Shown: in pieces, positions 21,124 through 29,507 of the stretch
Position numbering within the stretch: the first letter of the stretch is position 1
Layout: every line of letters starts with the position of its first letter
From: Escherichia virus TH30
DNA length: 51,754 bases
Sequence record: MT446404.1
Direction: 5' to 3' (one strand)
The notes under the pieces: generated by a model
The model's input: only the letters and a program-made list of their open reading frames with translations
Told to the model about the DNA's origin: nothing
Database searches by the model: none
Position numbers and translations under genes: made by a program

Positions 21124-21642
21124 TCAAATCTTATCAAGTACGCTTTTCACGGCATCCTCTATGGTTTGCGTGTCATTCACAACATTGCTCACGTTAACTT
21201 CTGCTGCCTTGTCGATACCAATGTCTTTACCTACGAATCCAGCATTGATGAGGTTGGACGCGGCAAGCTGATATTTCTGTTCAATGATTACCGAGTCGAT
21301 GAACTCCATTACCTCAGAGAATCCAGGTGACGCTCGCCAGCTTTGGATCGCACCGGAGGTAACGCCGCAATAAAGCTGGAATCCGTTGAGCGTGAACACT
21401 CGCGGCTTGTGCACAAGGTTTTCAGTTACGACGCCCTGGAAGCTCGCCGTCTCAATGGCCTTGATTGCCTGGTCCTCGGCCCATGAGAAATATTTAACCG
21501 CAAGGTTGAATACAGTCTCAGGCGTCATTGGGTGACGATGGTTAAGGTTGGCAATGTCGCCATACTTTTTGTTGTATAGCTCTTTGAAGTTACCGATTCG
21601 AACCTTCTCGTTCGCGTGACTGGTGAAATTTTCGTCTTTCAT
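21124..21642 (-). CDS. terminase small subunit (172 aa)
   Basis: Position directly upstream of large terminase. Confidence 0.45.
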   Translation of the reverse strand: MKDENFTSHANEKVRIGNFKELYNKKYGDIANLNHRHPMTPETVFNLAVKYFSWAEDQAIKAIETASFQGVVTENLVHKPRVFTLNGFQLYCGVTSGAIQSWRASPGFSEVMEFIDSVIIEQKYQLAASNLINAGFVGKDIGIDKAAEVNVSNVVNDTQTIEDAVKSVLDKI

Positions 21643-21671
21643 AGTTGTTTCCCCTTGTTGAATAGGAATGA

Positions 21672-21680
21672 ATTATACCA
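21672..21680 (-). promoter_or_regulatory. extended -10 promoter TGGTATAAT upstream of small terminase gene
   Basis: Plus-strand attatacca, about 30 nt upstream of the ATG at 21642. Confidence 0.5.
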
Positions 21681-21691
21681 GATTGCAGGCA

Positions 21692-21716
21692 TAAAAAAAG
21701 CACCCCGAAGGATGCT
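21692..21716 (-). terminator. rho-independent terminator (minus strand, G-U containing stem)
   Basis: GCATCC-ttcg-GGGTGC on the minus transcript followed by U7. Confidence 0.55.
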
Positions 21717-21724
21717 TAAATGAA

Positions 21725-21946
21725 TCAGTCAACGTATTTGATGGCCCCAGGCTTCCGCCCCGATCGAATATCGTTAATCTCGTTAAACACTGAGATGAAC
21801 TTACCGGATACTCGCCACTGCTTTTTCTTCTCATCGTATCGCGCTTGTGCGAATTGTCCGCGCTTGATTAGCTTAGCTACCCAGGCGCAAGATAACGAAA
21901 TGATCAGGACGGAAGCGAACAGAAAACCATAAATAAACGTCAGCAT
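21725..21946 (-). CDS. small membrane protein (73 aa)
   Basis: N-terminal hydrophobic helix, basic C-terminus. Confidence 0.4.
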   Translation of the reverse strand: MLTFIYGFLFASVLIISLSCAWVAKLIKRGQFAQARYDEKKKQWRVSGKFISVFNEINDIRSGRKPGAIKYVD

Positions 21947-22137
21947 TGAATACCCCTTACATAATTAACTAAAAATTTATGAGTCGTTGTATCGACTCCG
22001 CTCATTTGCTTCACCTTTGAAACGGCTTCTTCGGCACTAATGGCCTCAACCTTTGCTTCAAAGTTTTGCTTACACGATGCGCATGTGCGCCCCATTAGCA
22101 AGATAGTTAGCTTGACCTCAAACATATCAAACCTCAT
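21940..22137 (-). CDS. hypothetical protein (65 aa) with CxxC pair
   Basis: ORF only. Confidence 0.3.
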   Translation of the reverse strand: MRFDMFEVKLTILLMGRTCASCKQNFEAKVEAISAEEAVSKVKQMSGVDTTTHKFLVNYVRGIQC

Positions 22138-22310
22138 TGTTAGGTCCGGTTACGGAGTCCGGAAGGCTTTCACAATGCCTCGATTGTATTGCGACTTACA
22201 CTTTGCTTTTGGCGATGCGCTATTTCAATTTGCGGCTTACGAACCGCTCGTTGCCACTTGGTGGCCTCGTCTGTTTACGAGATTAAAGATACCAGTCAGT
22301 GGGATTGCTG

Positions 22311-22505
22311 TCAATCAACTTTTTTAAAAGTTCCATACGTCGGGCAAACAGGGTAGTCGATCGCGACCTTGTTACCCTCGTCGCTGTAGACGTAAACGAA
22401 CCCCTGGGAATCAACCTTTTCCACTGTGTACTCGCATCCAGTAAAGAACTCATAACCGCGCGCACCTATACACTTGATCACGTCACCCTTTTTGATCTTA
22501 CTCAT
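22311..22505 (-). CDS. hypothetical protein (about 64 aa from ATG at 22505)
   Basis: ORF 22311..22568 trimmed to an ATG preceded by GGGGAAAG. Confidence 0.3.
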   Translation of the reverse strand: MSKIKKGDVIKCIGARGYEFFTGCEYTVEKVDSQGFVYVYSDEGNKVAIDYPVCPTYGTFKKVD

Positions 22506-22737
22506 AGATACTTTCCCCATTTTCACGCTTGCCAACCAGCCCCTTAAGATAACCAGCAATCCACACAAATTTGTCGCGAGATATGATGGTCGCTACGGCC
22601 TCATGGTGCTTGGTAATAATTGAGGCAACCAGCTTGTCATCTTTGCGCTCTTTCTTGCTCAGGTCGGAATACGCTGCGTTTAATTGCTTGGCCTTGGCCT
22701 TTACTGCGTTCATCTGCGGATCGGTTAATCCAAACAT
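22498..22737 (-). CDS. hypothetical basic protein (79 aa)
   Basis: ORF only. Confidence 0.35.
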   Translation of the reverse strand: MFGLTDPQMNAVKAKAKQLNAAYSDLSKKERKDDKLVASIITKHHEAVATIISRDKFVWIAGYLKGLVGKRENGESIYE

Positions 22738-23063
22738 TATTCGTAAACCTCATCAATGATTTCGCTGATCTTGTTCATGGTGTCAACCTTGGCGCAATCC
22801 CATTCCGGTGAGCCTGGTTCTTCCCATGGTCCGCCAGGGCCGTGACACGTCATGTTGTCGATAAGTTCCGACACTTCGCTTTCCAGCACATTGCGCATGT
22901 GCTCAATCTGCCAGCATTCAACCGAGTCTTCTGCGTCGCGGTAAGCCTTGAACTCACCGCCGAGAACTTTTTGTGCAGCTTCGGCTGATTCCTTCGTTTC
23001 GTGAACGGTCCGGCGAATCTCTTTGCCGAACTTGCCGACTCCGTATGTGTGAATGTAAATCAT
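22737..23063 (-). CDS. hypothetical acidic protein (108 aa)
   Basis: ORF only. Confidence 0.4.
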   Translation of the reverse strand: MIYIHTYGVGKFGKEIRRTVHETKESAEAAQKVLGGEFKAYRDAEDSVECWQIEHMRNVLESEVSELIDNMTCHGPGGPWEEPGSPEWDCAKVDTMNKISEIIDEVYE

Positions 23064-23272
23064 TCTTCGATCACCTTATATTCATTTTCGCTAATGCTGA
23101 TCTCATCGCCAACGATGACAAACTCGGTTTCACGGATGGTCCTGATTGAAAGGTCGCCATCAATGTAATGACCGGACGTCTCTACCACGTCACCAACTTT
23201 AAAGCCGCATTCTTCCAGAGTAAGTGCATCGTCATCGGTCACATAGTTAACGTCGATAATTTCAATTTTCAT
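23060..23272 (-). CDS. hypothetical acidic protein (70 aa)
   Basis: ORF preceded by conserved promoter cassette. Confidence 0.4.
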   Translation of the reverse strand: MKIEIIDVNYVTDDDALTLEECGFKVGDVVETSGHYIDGDLSIRTIRETEFVIVGDEISISENEYKVIEE

Positions 23273-23329
23273 TTCTGCTTCCTCGTTCGTTTCGATGGGG
23301 TAACTATACAGCTACCCCGATTATGAGTT

Positions 23330-23346
23330 TTAACAAAAAGTGCTAT
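23330..23346 (-). promoter_or_regulatory. conserved 17-bp motif (minus-strand ATAGCACTTTTTGTTAA); upstream stop TAG embedded
   Basis: Followed on the minus strand by a hairpin with TATAGT and CATCGAAACGA before the next ATG. Confidence 0.55.
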
Positions 23347-23741
23347 CGCTTGTGATTTCGTGCATTCTTTTTCATTGCCGCGAAGGCGATAAAGCAGAAC
23401 ATCCCAGGCTCGGTGAATCGAAGTTTTCCATACTGGCGGCACATGCGGCGGAACTTACGCTTATCATTAAGGACGCCAGTTACGCGCTTCTCAGTTACAA
23501 CAAGGCGGCGCGGACCTTTTACTACCACGAAAGTGACTGCTGGGCCGCTTGCGAGATTCAGGTTAAACTTACTGCCTTTCTGGATGGCGTACCAAGTAAG
23601 GCCGTTATCCACATCAATAACATCAGCCACGTTGAGGTGACGGTTTGGCCTGCGTTTAGCTTCGTACACATGACCAACCTGAAAGTGATCTTCGAACAGA
23701 GGCGCTAACCCTGGATGTATTTTAACGCAACGTAATTTCAT
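23343..23741 (-). CDS. hypothetical basic protein (132 aa)
   Basis: ORF only. Confidence 0.4.
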   Translation of the reverse strand: MKLRCVKIHPGLAPLFEDHFQVGHVYEAKRRPNRHLNVADVIDVDNGLTWYAIQKGSKFNLNLASGPAVTFVVVKGPRRLVVTEKRVTGVLNDKRKFRRMCRQYGKLRFTEPGMFCFIAFAAMKKNARNHKR

Positions 23742-23940
23742 GGTTATTCCCCTTCGTTTTCGTCGAATTGTTGATTATTGATCTGAGTGCGAACCTCTTT
23801 GACCATCTCGGAGAACTCATAGGCTGTGCACTGCATAGGCTGAGTAGCCAGGAGTTGCTTAAGAATGACGGCTTGCTTATCTGACAGGTTGATAGTAATC
23901 ATTTTGCTTTCCTCTCGTTTGGTGTGAACTAACTATAACA

Positions 23941-23957
23941 AAACCCGCCGGAGCGGG
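23941..23957 (-). terminator. hairpin CCCGC-cgga-GCGGG with U-run, adjacent to conserved motif
   Basis: Read on minus strand. Confidence 0.45.
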
Positions 23958-23958
23958 T

Positions 23959-23975
23959 TTAGCAATTCGTGCTAT
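23959..23975 (-). promoter_or_regulatory. conserved 17-bp motif (ATAGCACGAATTGCTAA), dyad TAGCA/TGCTA
   Basis: Immediately after stop of 23976..24608. Confidence 0.55.
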
Positions 23976-24608
23976 TTACCATGGTAATCCATCTTCCCAC
24001 TCGTAAACATCAACCTCTGGAACTTGTGAGCTAATACCGCAAGCCTCAGCAACCGCCAGGACGCCGCCATAAATATCACCATTGACGAGGTGAACGCTAT
24101 GCTCCTGATACTTTTTATAATCAGGGAAATGCGATTCCTTGATGCGAATGTAACCACGGCTATCGCCAGCGAAAGTCTTGCCATCCATGAACAGGCGGAC
24201 CAGGGTAACATCGTGACCATCTTCAACGAGTTGGATCACTTCATCGGGGAAGCCGCCATCAGTGCAAACAAAGCAGAAGCCCTCATCACACAGTCGGATA
24301 TGTTCGCTCATCAATTTGCCGAACTGCTGATTGCCAAAAAGCGGCTTGACCACTGTTTCGCTAATCCAGATCATGAACTCACGGCAGGTCTTGCCACCGA
24401 GAAAGCCCTGAGGCTGCTCTTTCTGATCGCGGTCGTCGTATGCTGTGATGAACTTTGAGAAAGACTTGGCACCAAGGATGGATGCTGCAATCTCAAACAT
24501 CGGACGCTTGAAGCTAGTCGGGATGCAATTGTAATCTGCTGCAAGCGCGTTGCCGATCGTGTCTTTACCAACCGAAGCTGGGCCGTTGAGGATGATAATT
24601 TTTGACAT
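23976..24608 (-). CDS. P-loop nucleotide kinase (dNMP-kinase-like, 210 aa)
   Basis: Walker A GPASVGKDT at N-terminus. Confidence 0.6.
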   Translation of the reverse strand: MSKIIILNGPASVGKDTIGNALAADYNCIPTSFKRPMFEIAASILGAKSFSKFITAYDDRDQKEQPQGFLGGKTCREFMIWISETVVKPLFGNQQFGKLMSEHIRLCDEGFCFVCTDGGFPDEVIQLVEDGHDVTLVRLFMDGKTFAGDSRGYIRIKESHFPDYKKYQEHSVHLVNGDIYGGVLAVAEACGISSQVPEVDVYEWEDGLPW

Positions 24609-24657
24609 TTTTATATTCCTGAGTAGTGGGCGCGATGTGCGCCCGTTAAGGTTAGTT

Positions 24658-25275
24658 TTATTTACCGCTTACGAGATTGCATTTTTTGCACTGGCGAACA
24701 CCATGCGGAGGTAGCGGCTCGCTAAATTCGTGCTCGCAAACTTTTTCTACGCCGTGAGACTTAAGGGCGGAGTGCACGTTATCGCCATAGTCGCACACCT
24801 GATAGGTAGTGATTCCGAGGCTTCGGAAGTGAGCGATAACATTCGGGCTATCATCCCACGCTGCGGTGATGCGGTGCAAGCCAATGTATCGTAAAAACTC
24901 TTCCTTGATGATCGTATCCTTTCGGTTATCATCAGCCTGGCGCATGACCAGAACGTTATATTTAGCGCCAGCATCATGCAGCCATTGCGTTGATTCCTCA
25001 ACAACATCATCAGATCGACCAGTGAGTACGATAATGAAAGCGCCGGAAGCGAATAGGCTATTCATTACGTCAATCGTTTCCTGGAATGGCTGATCGAACT
25101 TGCTCAATGAGTTAAATTCAAGCCATGACTCAGTGAGGTGCAAATCCTTGGTCGGTAGCTTGTGCAGGCGGTGCGATCCGTCCGACAGAGTACCATCGAA
25201 ATCAAATATGTAAACTTTCTTGTTTACCGCTTCCGTTTGAAGGTGATGCTTAATCATGGTGTAAAGCTGATTCAT
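24658..25275 (-). CDS. HAD-superfamily phosphatase (polynucleotide 3-phosphatase-like, 205 aa)
   Basis: HAD motif I IFDFDGTL; C-terminal Cys/His cluster. Confidence 0.55.
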   Translation of the reverse strand: MNQLYTMIKHHLQTEAVNKKVYIFDFDGTLSDGSHRLHKLPTKDLHLTESWLEFNSLSKFDQPFQETIDVMNSLFASGAFIIVLTGRSDDVVEESTQWLHDAGAKYNVLVMRQADDNRKDTIIKEEFLRYIGLHRITAAWDDSPNVIAHFRSLGITTYQVCDYGDNVHSALKSHGVEKVCEHEFSEPLPPHGVRQCKKCNLVSGK

Positions 25276-25306
25276 TTTAACTTCCTTTCGTGTGGTTTAT
25301 GTGGGG

Positions 25307-25315
25307 ATTATACCA
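25307..25315 (-). promoter_or_regulatory. extended -10 TGGTATAAT inside a hairpin, downstream of conserved motif
   Basis: Plus-strand attatacca; about 35 nt upstream of ATG at 25275. Confidence 0.45.
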
Positions 25316-25333
25316 GTCAGGATGAATCCCCTT

Positions 25334-25350
25334 TTAACAAAGCGTGCTAT
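25334..25350 (-). promoter_or_regulatory. conserved 17-bp motif (ATAGCACGCTTTGTTAA), upstream stop TAG embedded
   Basis: Stop of 25347..26150 is the TAG of the motif. Confidence 0.55.
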
Positions 25351-26150
25351 TTGATATAAAACTGAGCCACTACGCCGCCATCAGGATTTACTATTGCGTA
25401 TGCGTCACCGGGCATTGCCTTGGCATTCATAACCTTACCAATTCTCTTTGCTTCCCATCGGCAATCGCCTTTTAATCCAGATACGAAAGCATCCTGCGTG
25501 ATGTAAATAAGTCTCGGACTACCGACAAAACTCTCACTGATTTCATACTCATACTCGCAACCATTGATAAATTCGTTGCCGTTAACATGGTAGCAAACTG
25601 CCACCTTGCGATCGCGTGCAGATTCGCATTCACCCACCGCCCATACGTGACGATTGCCATAACCGTAACCGCCGCTGCGTGGTTCCATTTTCGCGGTTGA
25701 CATCGTGATGCCATGGCTACCGATGAAACTTTCGCCAAAAGTGAACTTTCCGTTCTTCGTCAATTCATCTTCGACGCTGTAGGTGTCATCCTTAACGGTT
25801 TTCCCTGGGCCAGTCGCAAGCTCGCTTACGAACGCATCGACCGTGTTGTGGCACGGATCGCCATTGTACTTAGGAAAATCCTTGAGCAATTGCTCGTACG
25901 CTTCGTGCACCAGATTACCTACAACTTCTTTGATAGCCTGCTCAATATGCTCAGCGAGAATCGAAGGTGCAGAAATTTGATGTTTTTGAGTCGATTCTAA
26001 CGCCTTTAAACGCGCTTGTAACGACTCAATTTCTTGCTTATGCATCGCGTAGGATACCCACGCTCCATCGTCGCAGGCTTGCATTCCGACACCGTGAATG
26101 TTGACGCTGGTTGCTACTGATACAGGGATATAACGTCTGATGCTTTTCAT
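25347..26150 (-). CDS. hypothetical protein (267 aa), largest uncharacterised early protein
   Basis: ORF only; N-terminal coiled-coil-like segment. Confidence 0.5.
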   Translation of the reverse strand: MKSIRRYIPVSVATSVNIHGVGMQACDDGAWVSYAMHKQEIESLQARLKALESTQKHQISAPSILAEHIEQAIKEVVGNLVHEAYEQLLKDFPKYNGDPCHNTVDAFVSELATGPGKTVKDDTYSVEDELTKNGKFTFGESFIGSHGITMSTAKMEPRSGGYGYGNRHVWAVGECESARDRKVAVCYHVNGNEFINGCEYEYEISESFVGSPRLIYITQDAFVSGLKGDCRWEAKRIGKVMNAKAMPGDAYAIVNPDGGVVAQFYIK

Positions 26151-26218
26151 ATTTAATTCCTCAGTTGGTTTGTGTTCACTTGACAGGAGACACTATAGCT
26201 AATGTCTCCGAGCAAGTT

Positions 26219-26235
26219 TTAACAAAAAGTGCTAT
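26219..26235 (-). promoter_or_regulatory. conserved 17-bp motif, upstream stop TAG embedded
   Basis: Adjacent hairpin GGAGACA...TGTCTCC. Confidence 0.55.
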
Positions 26236-26450
26236 TTAATGACTCCGGCGCGAATTGCCATCTCAAGCGTGATGTACTGCTTAGCCGTCAGCGTTGAGTG
26301 ATAGGTGACTACTCCAGCCTTAATTGCTTTTACCAACTGATCCTGTGTGATGCGTGAGATGTTAATAATGCCGTATCCGCCACCAGTACGCAGAACCACA
26401 TCGCCGACCGCACAAAACTCAACGCCCTTGCTGTTAGTGTAGACTTGCAT
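26232..26450 (-). CDS. hypothetical protein (72 aa)
   Basis: ORF only. Confidence 0.4.
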   Translation of the reverse strand: MQVYTNSKGVEFCAVGDVVLRTGGGYGIINISRITQDQLVKAIKAGVVTYHSTLTAKQYITLEMAIRAGVIK

Positions 26451-26640
26451 TTTTTAACCCCTTAACCTGATGCGCCGTTCCCGTGCGAATGGCTGTTACT
26501 AAGTGAGTGAATACTGACGCCTGGCTTAAAGCCTTAATCCATCGACCGTATTGTGGGTAGTATACGTATCCAGTGCCACATGCTACAGCAAACCACATGC
26601 CGTCACGCATAAAAACTATTGGCTTCAACGGAATCATGAT
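26434..26640 (-). CDS. hypothetical protein (trimmed start)
   Basis: Overlapping ORF chain; start uncertain. Confidence 0.25.
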   Translation of the reverse strand: MMIPLKPIVFMRDGMWFAVACGTGYVYYPQYGRWIKALSQASVFTHLVTAIRTGTAHQVKGLKNASLH

Positions 26641-26807
26641 TATTGTTCCTTCAAGTATAGGTAAATAACGTAAGATACAGTAAGTGGCCACAGTGCAGAA
26701 ACAAACAATAAATCGTACCATTTATTCTCGCTATTGCGCACATTGTGTGCGATGGCATAAACCGGAAGTGCGCCCAGGATGTAAAGCACGATGCATAAAA
26801 TAATCAT
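26640..26807 (-). CDS. small two-helix membrane protein (about 55 aa)
   Basis: MIILCIVLYILGALPVYAI... hydrophobic; start overlaps upstream stop. Confidence 0.3.
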   Translation of the reverse strand: MIILCIVLYILGALPVYAIAHNVRNSENKWYDLLFVSALWPLTVSYVIYLYLKEQ

Positions 26808-27232
26808 AAGTAACCCTTCCCTACAGTTTCGCCAACTTCGCGTGATGCCTTTAATTTGTTCCAGAAATCGAACGGGCCGACTGGCTCCCACGCTTTCGGT
26901 TTTCCTGGCTCATTCCACCAACCTAGAACGCAGTCGCTACCGTACGCCGTTCCCATTGGTTTACCGTCGCTGTAGTGGTCCTTGAACACGCGGTCAAGCT
27001 CATCCCCACCAACCTTGATTGATTTGATTTCAAAGCCATAACTCTTCTTCATCACCAAATCATGATCATAAAAGAACCCGTCTACAACGATAGGGTAAGA
27101 ACCAGGATCGCGCGGACTTGTATCTTTCTCATGCAGCTTGCGATAGTTTGGATCGGCATAGATGTTTGGGTTAAGTAAACGAACTCTCATTTGTAATTCC
27201 TCTGATTGGTTGTTTTGCTTCAATAAGGCCAC
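26804..27232 (-). CDS. hypothetical protein (142 aa)
   Basis: ORF only. Confidence 0.4.
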   Translation of the reverse strand: MALLKQNNQSEELQMRVRLLNPNIYADPNYRKLHEKDTSPRDPGSYPIVVDGFFYDHDLVMKKSYGFEIKSIKVGGDELDRVFKDHYSDGKPMGTAYGSDCVLGWWNEPGKPKAWEPVGPFDFWNKLKASREVGETVGKGYL

Positions 27233-27257
27233 TATATCAAATGGCCTTGCGGAAGGT

Positions 27258-27274
27258 TTAACAAAAAGTGCTAT
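27258..27274 (-). promoter_or_regulatory. conserved 17-bp motif, upstream stop TAG embedded
   Basis: Position inferred from stop of 27271..27459. Confidence 0.5.
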
Positions 27275-27459
27275 TCGAATTTTTCGTTATGGTGAATAAC
27301 CTCAGCCACGTAAATCTTTCTCAAGAACCACTCCTGCGTTCCGGTGGAAGTGATTTTGTGCATCTTCCACACCTGGTGCCAAGGCAGGTATTCCATATCC
27401 TCAGCCAGTGCCGTAAAAGCCTTGCCGCAGTGAGTGTAAATCGTGGTGTAAGTGGTCAT
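27271..27459 (-). CDS. hypothetical protein (62 aa)
   Basis: ORF; leader GTATACTTCTTTCATACCAAC shared with the leader of 41883..42116. Confidence 0.4.
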   Translation of the reverse strand: MTTYTTIYTHCGKAFTALAEDMEYLPWHQVWKMHKITSTGTQEWFLRKIYVAEVIHHNEKFE

Positions 27460-27514
27460 TTCGTATCTCCCTTGTTGGTATGAAAGAAGTATACCAGTCA
27501 GGGAGAATATCGTT

Positions 27515-27531
27515 TTAGCAATTCGTGCTAT
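27515..27531 (-). promoter_or_regulatory. conserved 17-bp motif (ATAGCACGAATTGCTAA)
   Basis: Followed by CTGACTGGTATACT extended -10-like element. Confidence 0.5.
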
Positions 27532-27626
27532 TCCACCACAACCAGGAAGATTATCACCAGAAACAAAAGCACCCAGGATAGCCCGACAAGAAGCAATTGC
27601 AGCACGTCAACTAATTTGAACTTCAT
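27528..27626 (-). CDS. 32-aa hydrophobic micro-protein (MKFKLVDVLQLLLVGLSWVLLFLVIIFLVVVE)
   Basis: Below the ORF-track size cut-off; ATGA overlap with upstream stop; stop TAG inside the motif. Confidence 0.35.
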   Translation of the reverse strand: MKFKLVDVLQLLLVGLSWVLLFLVIIFLVVVE

Positions 27627-27838
27627 AGCACCTCAACCTCATCCTCTGCAAATGGCCAGTCGCCAGGAGCCATTCCATTCCTGCTTAGCGCCGGAAGGAA
27701 GTCAGCGTCAACCATGTAAAGGGTTTCGAACTCACCTTCATACCTCCAGGCCGTCGCCACCACTGGCAGCTTGCTTGAGTCAACGCCTCGATAAGGTGAC
27801 TTGATGATGCGGATCTTAATCATTTCTTCATTGTTCAT
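27623..27838 (-). CDS. small acidic protein (about 71 aa from MNNEEM)
   Basis: ORF, trimmed start. Confidence 0.35.
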   Translation of the reverse strand: MNNEEMIKIRIIKSPYRGVDSSKLPVVATAWRYEGEFETLYMVDADFLPALSRNGMAPGDWPFAEDEVEVL

Positions 27839-28034
27839 TGCGGCGCTCCATGTAGTCAGCCATTTTGATAAGGTGCTCGCCCATTGCGCGGACGGTAGCC
27901 GGATCTTGCATCGGGAATGCTCCAGAGTCATCATCAATCACGATTTCGACAGTGACATTATCGACATTGGTCATCGTGTCAATCCAGCAATCGTCATCGT
28001 CCATATCCTGGAAGCGCTTGCGATCTGTGATCAT
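27828..28034 (-). CDS. small acidic protein (68 aa), distant relative of the tandem family
   Basis: C-terminal helix ATVRAMGEHLIKMADYMER resembles the family C-terminus. Confidence 0.35.
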   Translation of the reverse strand: MITDRKRFQDMDDDDCWIDTMTNVDNVTVEIVIDDDSGAFPMQDPATVRAMGEHLIKMADYMERRNEQ

Positions 28035-28255
28035 AAAACCCCCTTCTCAGCGCGGCGGGCCGCTTCCATCAGGTGACATGCCAGTTGGCGCGCCTGGTCA
28101 GGCGTGTAAAGCATGTAACTGCTTGGGTATGACTCATCATGAGGATTGAAGTCAAGTCGTACCTTGAAAGTCACACGATCATTATTGTGAATCTTCACAG
28201 CCTCAATCTCGGCCTGCTCGTTGTAGTCGTCTGCGATGCGTACCTTGGTACTCAT
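28031..28255 (-). CDS. small acidic protein, paralogue family member 4 (74 aa)
   Basis: C-terminus YTPDQARQLACHLMEAARRAEKGVL. Confidence 0.5.
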   Translation of the reverse strand: MSTKVRIADDYNEQAEIEAVKIHNNDRVTFKVRLDFNPHDESYPSSYMLYTPDQARQLACHLMEAARRAEKGVL

Positions 28256-28321
28256 AATTTACCCCTTGGTTGATTGTTTCACTTCAATGAGTGCACTATA
28301 GCAAATGCACTCACGTCAGTT

Positions 28322-28338
28322 TTAACAAAAAGTGCTAT
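28322..28338 (-). promoter_or_regulatory. conserved 17-bp motif, upstream stop TAG embedded
   Basis: Stop of 28335..28622 is the TAG of the motif. Confidence 0.55.
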
Positions 28339-28622
28339 CGCTCATCTTCCCTGGAGCATCCTTTGCCGCAACCATGGCGACCAACTTCCACGATGCCGAC
28401 TCCGCTTAAGCCGATGTATTCCTGACCAGTGTCCTTATCGGTGATGACGTATATCGCTCTGACGTTCTCGTATGCCAGGTCATCCCTGAACTCCTGAATC
28501 TTCACAACCTGGACGCGATCGTTTACGTTTACTGGCATCATCTGCCGAGCGTCGGAGCTAACCCTTGTATCTGAGTCACAACCAGCCAGCGCCAGGGCTG
28601 CTAATAAAATTAGTTTCTTCAT
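28335..28622 (-). CDS. lipoprotein (95 aa), candidate superinfection-exclusion protein
   Basis: Signal plus lipobox MKKLILLAALALAGC. Confidence 0.5.
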   Translation of the reverse strand: MKKLILLAALALAGCDSDTRVSSDARQMMPVNVNDRVQVVKIQEFRDDLAYENVRAIYVITDKDTGQEYIGLSGVGIVEVGRHGCGKGCSREDER

Positions 28623-28819
28623 TCGATAATCCTCAATAGTTTCTCTTTGCGATGCGGTTCGCCGGACTTATTCAGCCAGTAGCGCGCCTGGGAAAGCTGG
28701 CTGGCATGGGCCACTGTCACCCACCAGAATAATGCTACCCGCTTTTGGACTGCATACCACTTGACCGGATGACCTAAGGCGGTCGTCGTGTCAACCAATA
28801 CGATCCTGAATTTATTCAT
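28619..28819 (-). CDS. hypothetical basic protein (about 66 aa from MNKFRIV)
   Basis: ORF trimmed to the ATG overlapping the upstream stop. Confidence 0.3.
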   Translation of the reverse strand: MNKFRIVLVDTTTALGHPVKWYAVQKRVALFWWVTVAHASQLSQARYWLNKSGEPHRKEKLLRIIE

Positions 28820-29030
28820 CGACTTCTGCCTCCACTTCATCAGCCGCCTTGATGAGTGCCGCCGCCAGTTCACGCGCCTGCTCTGCTGTGTAGGTCATAC
28901 CTGTACCATCCGCCCGAGAATCCGGTAAAAGGTCCAGGTGCACGCGCTTACGCATCTTGCCAAACGGAACCTTGATTACTGAGATTTCTGTTTCCTGATT
29001 CCAGGATGAGTTAACTCGAATATCTCTCAT
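28812..29030 (-). CDS. small acidic protein, paralogue family member 3 (72 aa)
   Basis: C-terminus YTAEQARELAAALIKAADEVEAE. Confidence 0.5.
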   Translation of the reverse strand: MRDIRVNSSWNQETEISVIKVPFGKMRKRVHLDLLPDSRADGTGMTYTAEQARELAAALIKAADEVEAEVDE

Positions 29031-29224
29031 TGCTTTTCCGCCTCTTCCGCTACTTTAATGAGCGCCTCCGCCAACTTACGTGCTTGTTCCGGCGTGTAAT
29101 GAGCTATGGCAAAGCTATCCCCGTCGCTGTCTGTTTCAGTAAGACTTACCACGCCGTCATAATAGATTGAGGTTGACACCTCGGTGCTTACGCCTAAAAA
29201 ATCTTCGAAGATTACAATCTCCAT
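29027..29224 (-). CDS. small acidic protein, paralogue family member 2 (65 aa)
   Basis: C-terminus HYTPEQARKLAEALIKVAEEAEKQ. Confidence 0.5.
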   Translation of the reverse strand: MEIVIFEDFLGVSTEVSTSIYYDGVVSLTETDSDGDSFAIAHYTPEQARKLAEALIKVAEEAEKQ

Positions 29225-29226
29225 AA

Positions 29227-29439
29227 TTATTTCTTCTCCGCTTCATCTGCTGCCAGGATTAACGCTGCCGCTAATTTGCGCGCGTCATCAGGTGTATAGT
29301 GCATCATGCTTACATCGCAATCGTCAGGATCGAAGTCAATGGAGACTACAGCCTTGACTACTCCAGTCCGATTGGTTAGCACGCTAACCTCAGCGGCATC
29401 ACCAACCACATCCTCAATGCGTAAAATTTCCATAATCAT
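29227..29439 (-). CDS. small acidic protein, paralogue family member 1 (70 aa)
   Basis: C-terminus HYTPDDARKLAAALILAADEAEKK. Confidence 0.5.
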   Translation of the reverse strand: MIMEILRIEDVVGDAAEVSVLTNRTGVVKAVVSIDFDPDDCDVSMMHYTPDDARKLAAALILAADEAEKK

Positions 29440-29490
29440 TTCCTCTTTGTTGTCGATAGGGTAATCATAGCTGACTACCCGATTTATTGT

Positions 29491-29507
29491 TTAGCAATTC
29501 GTGCTAT
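29491..29507 (-). promoter_or_regulatory. conserved 17-bp motif, upstream stop TAG embedded
   Basis: Stop of 29504..30055 is the TAG of the motif. Confidence 0.55.
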
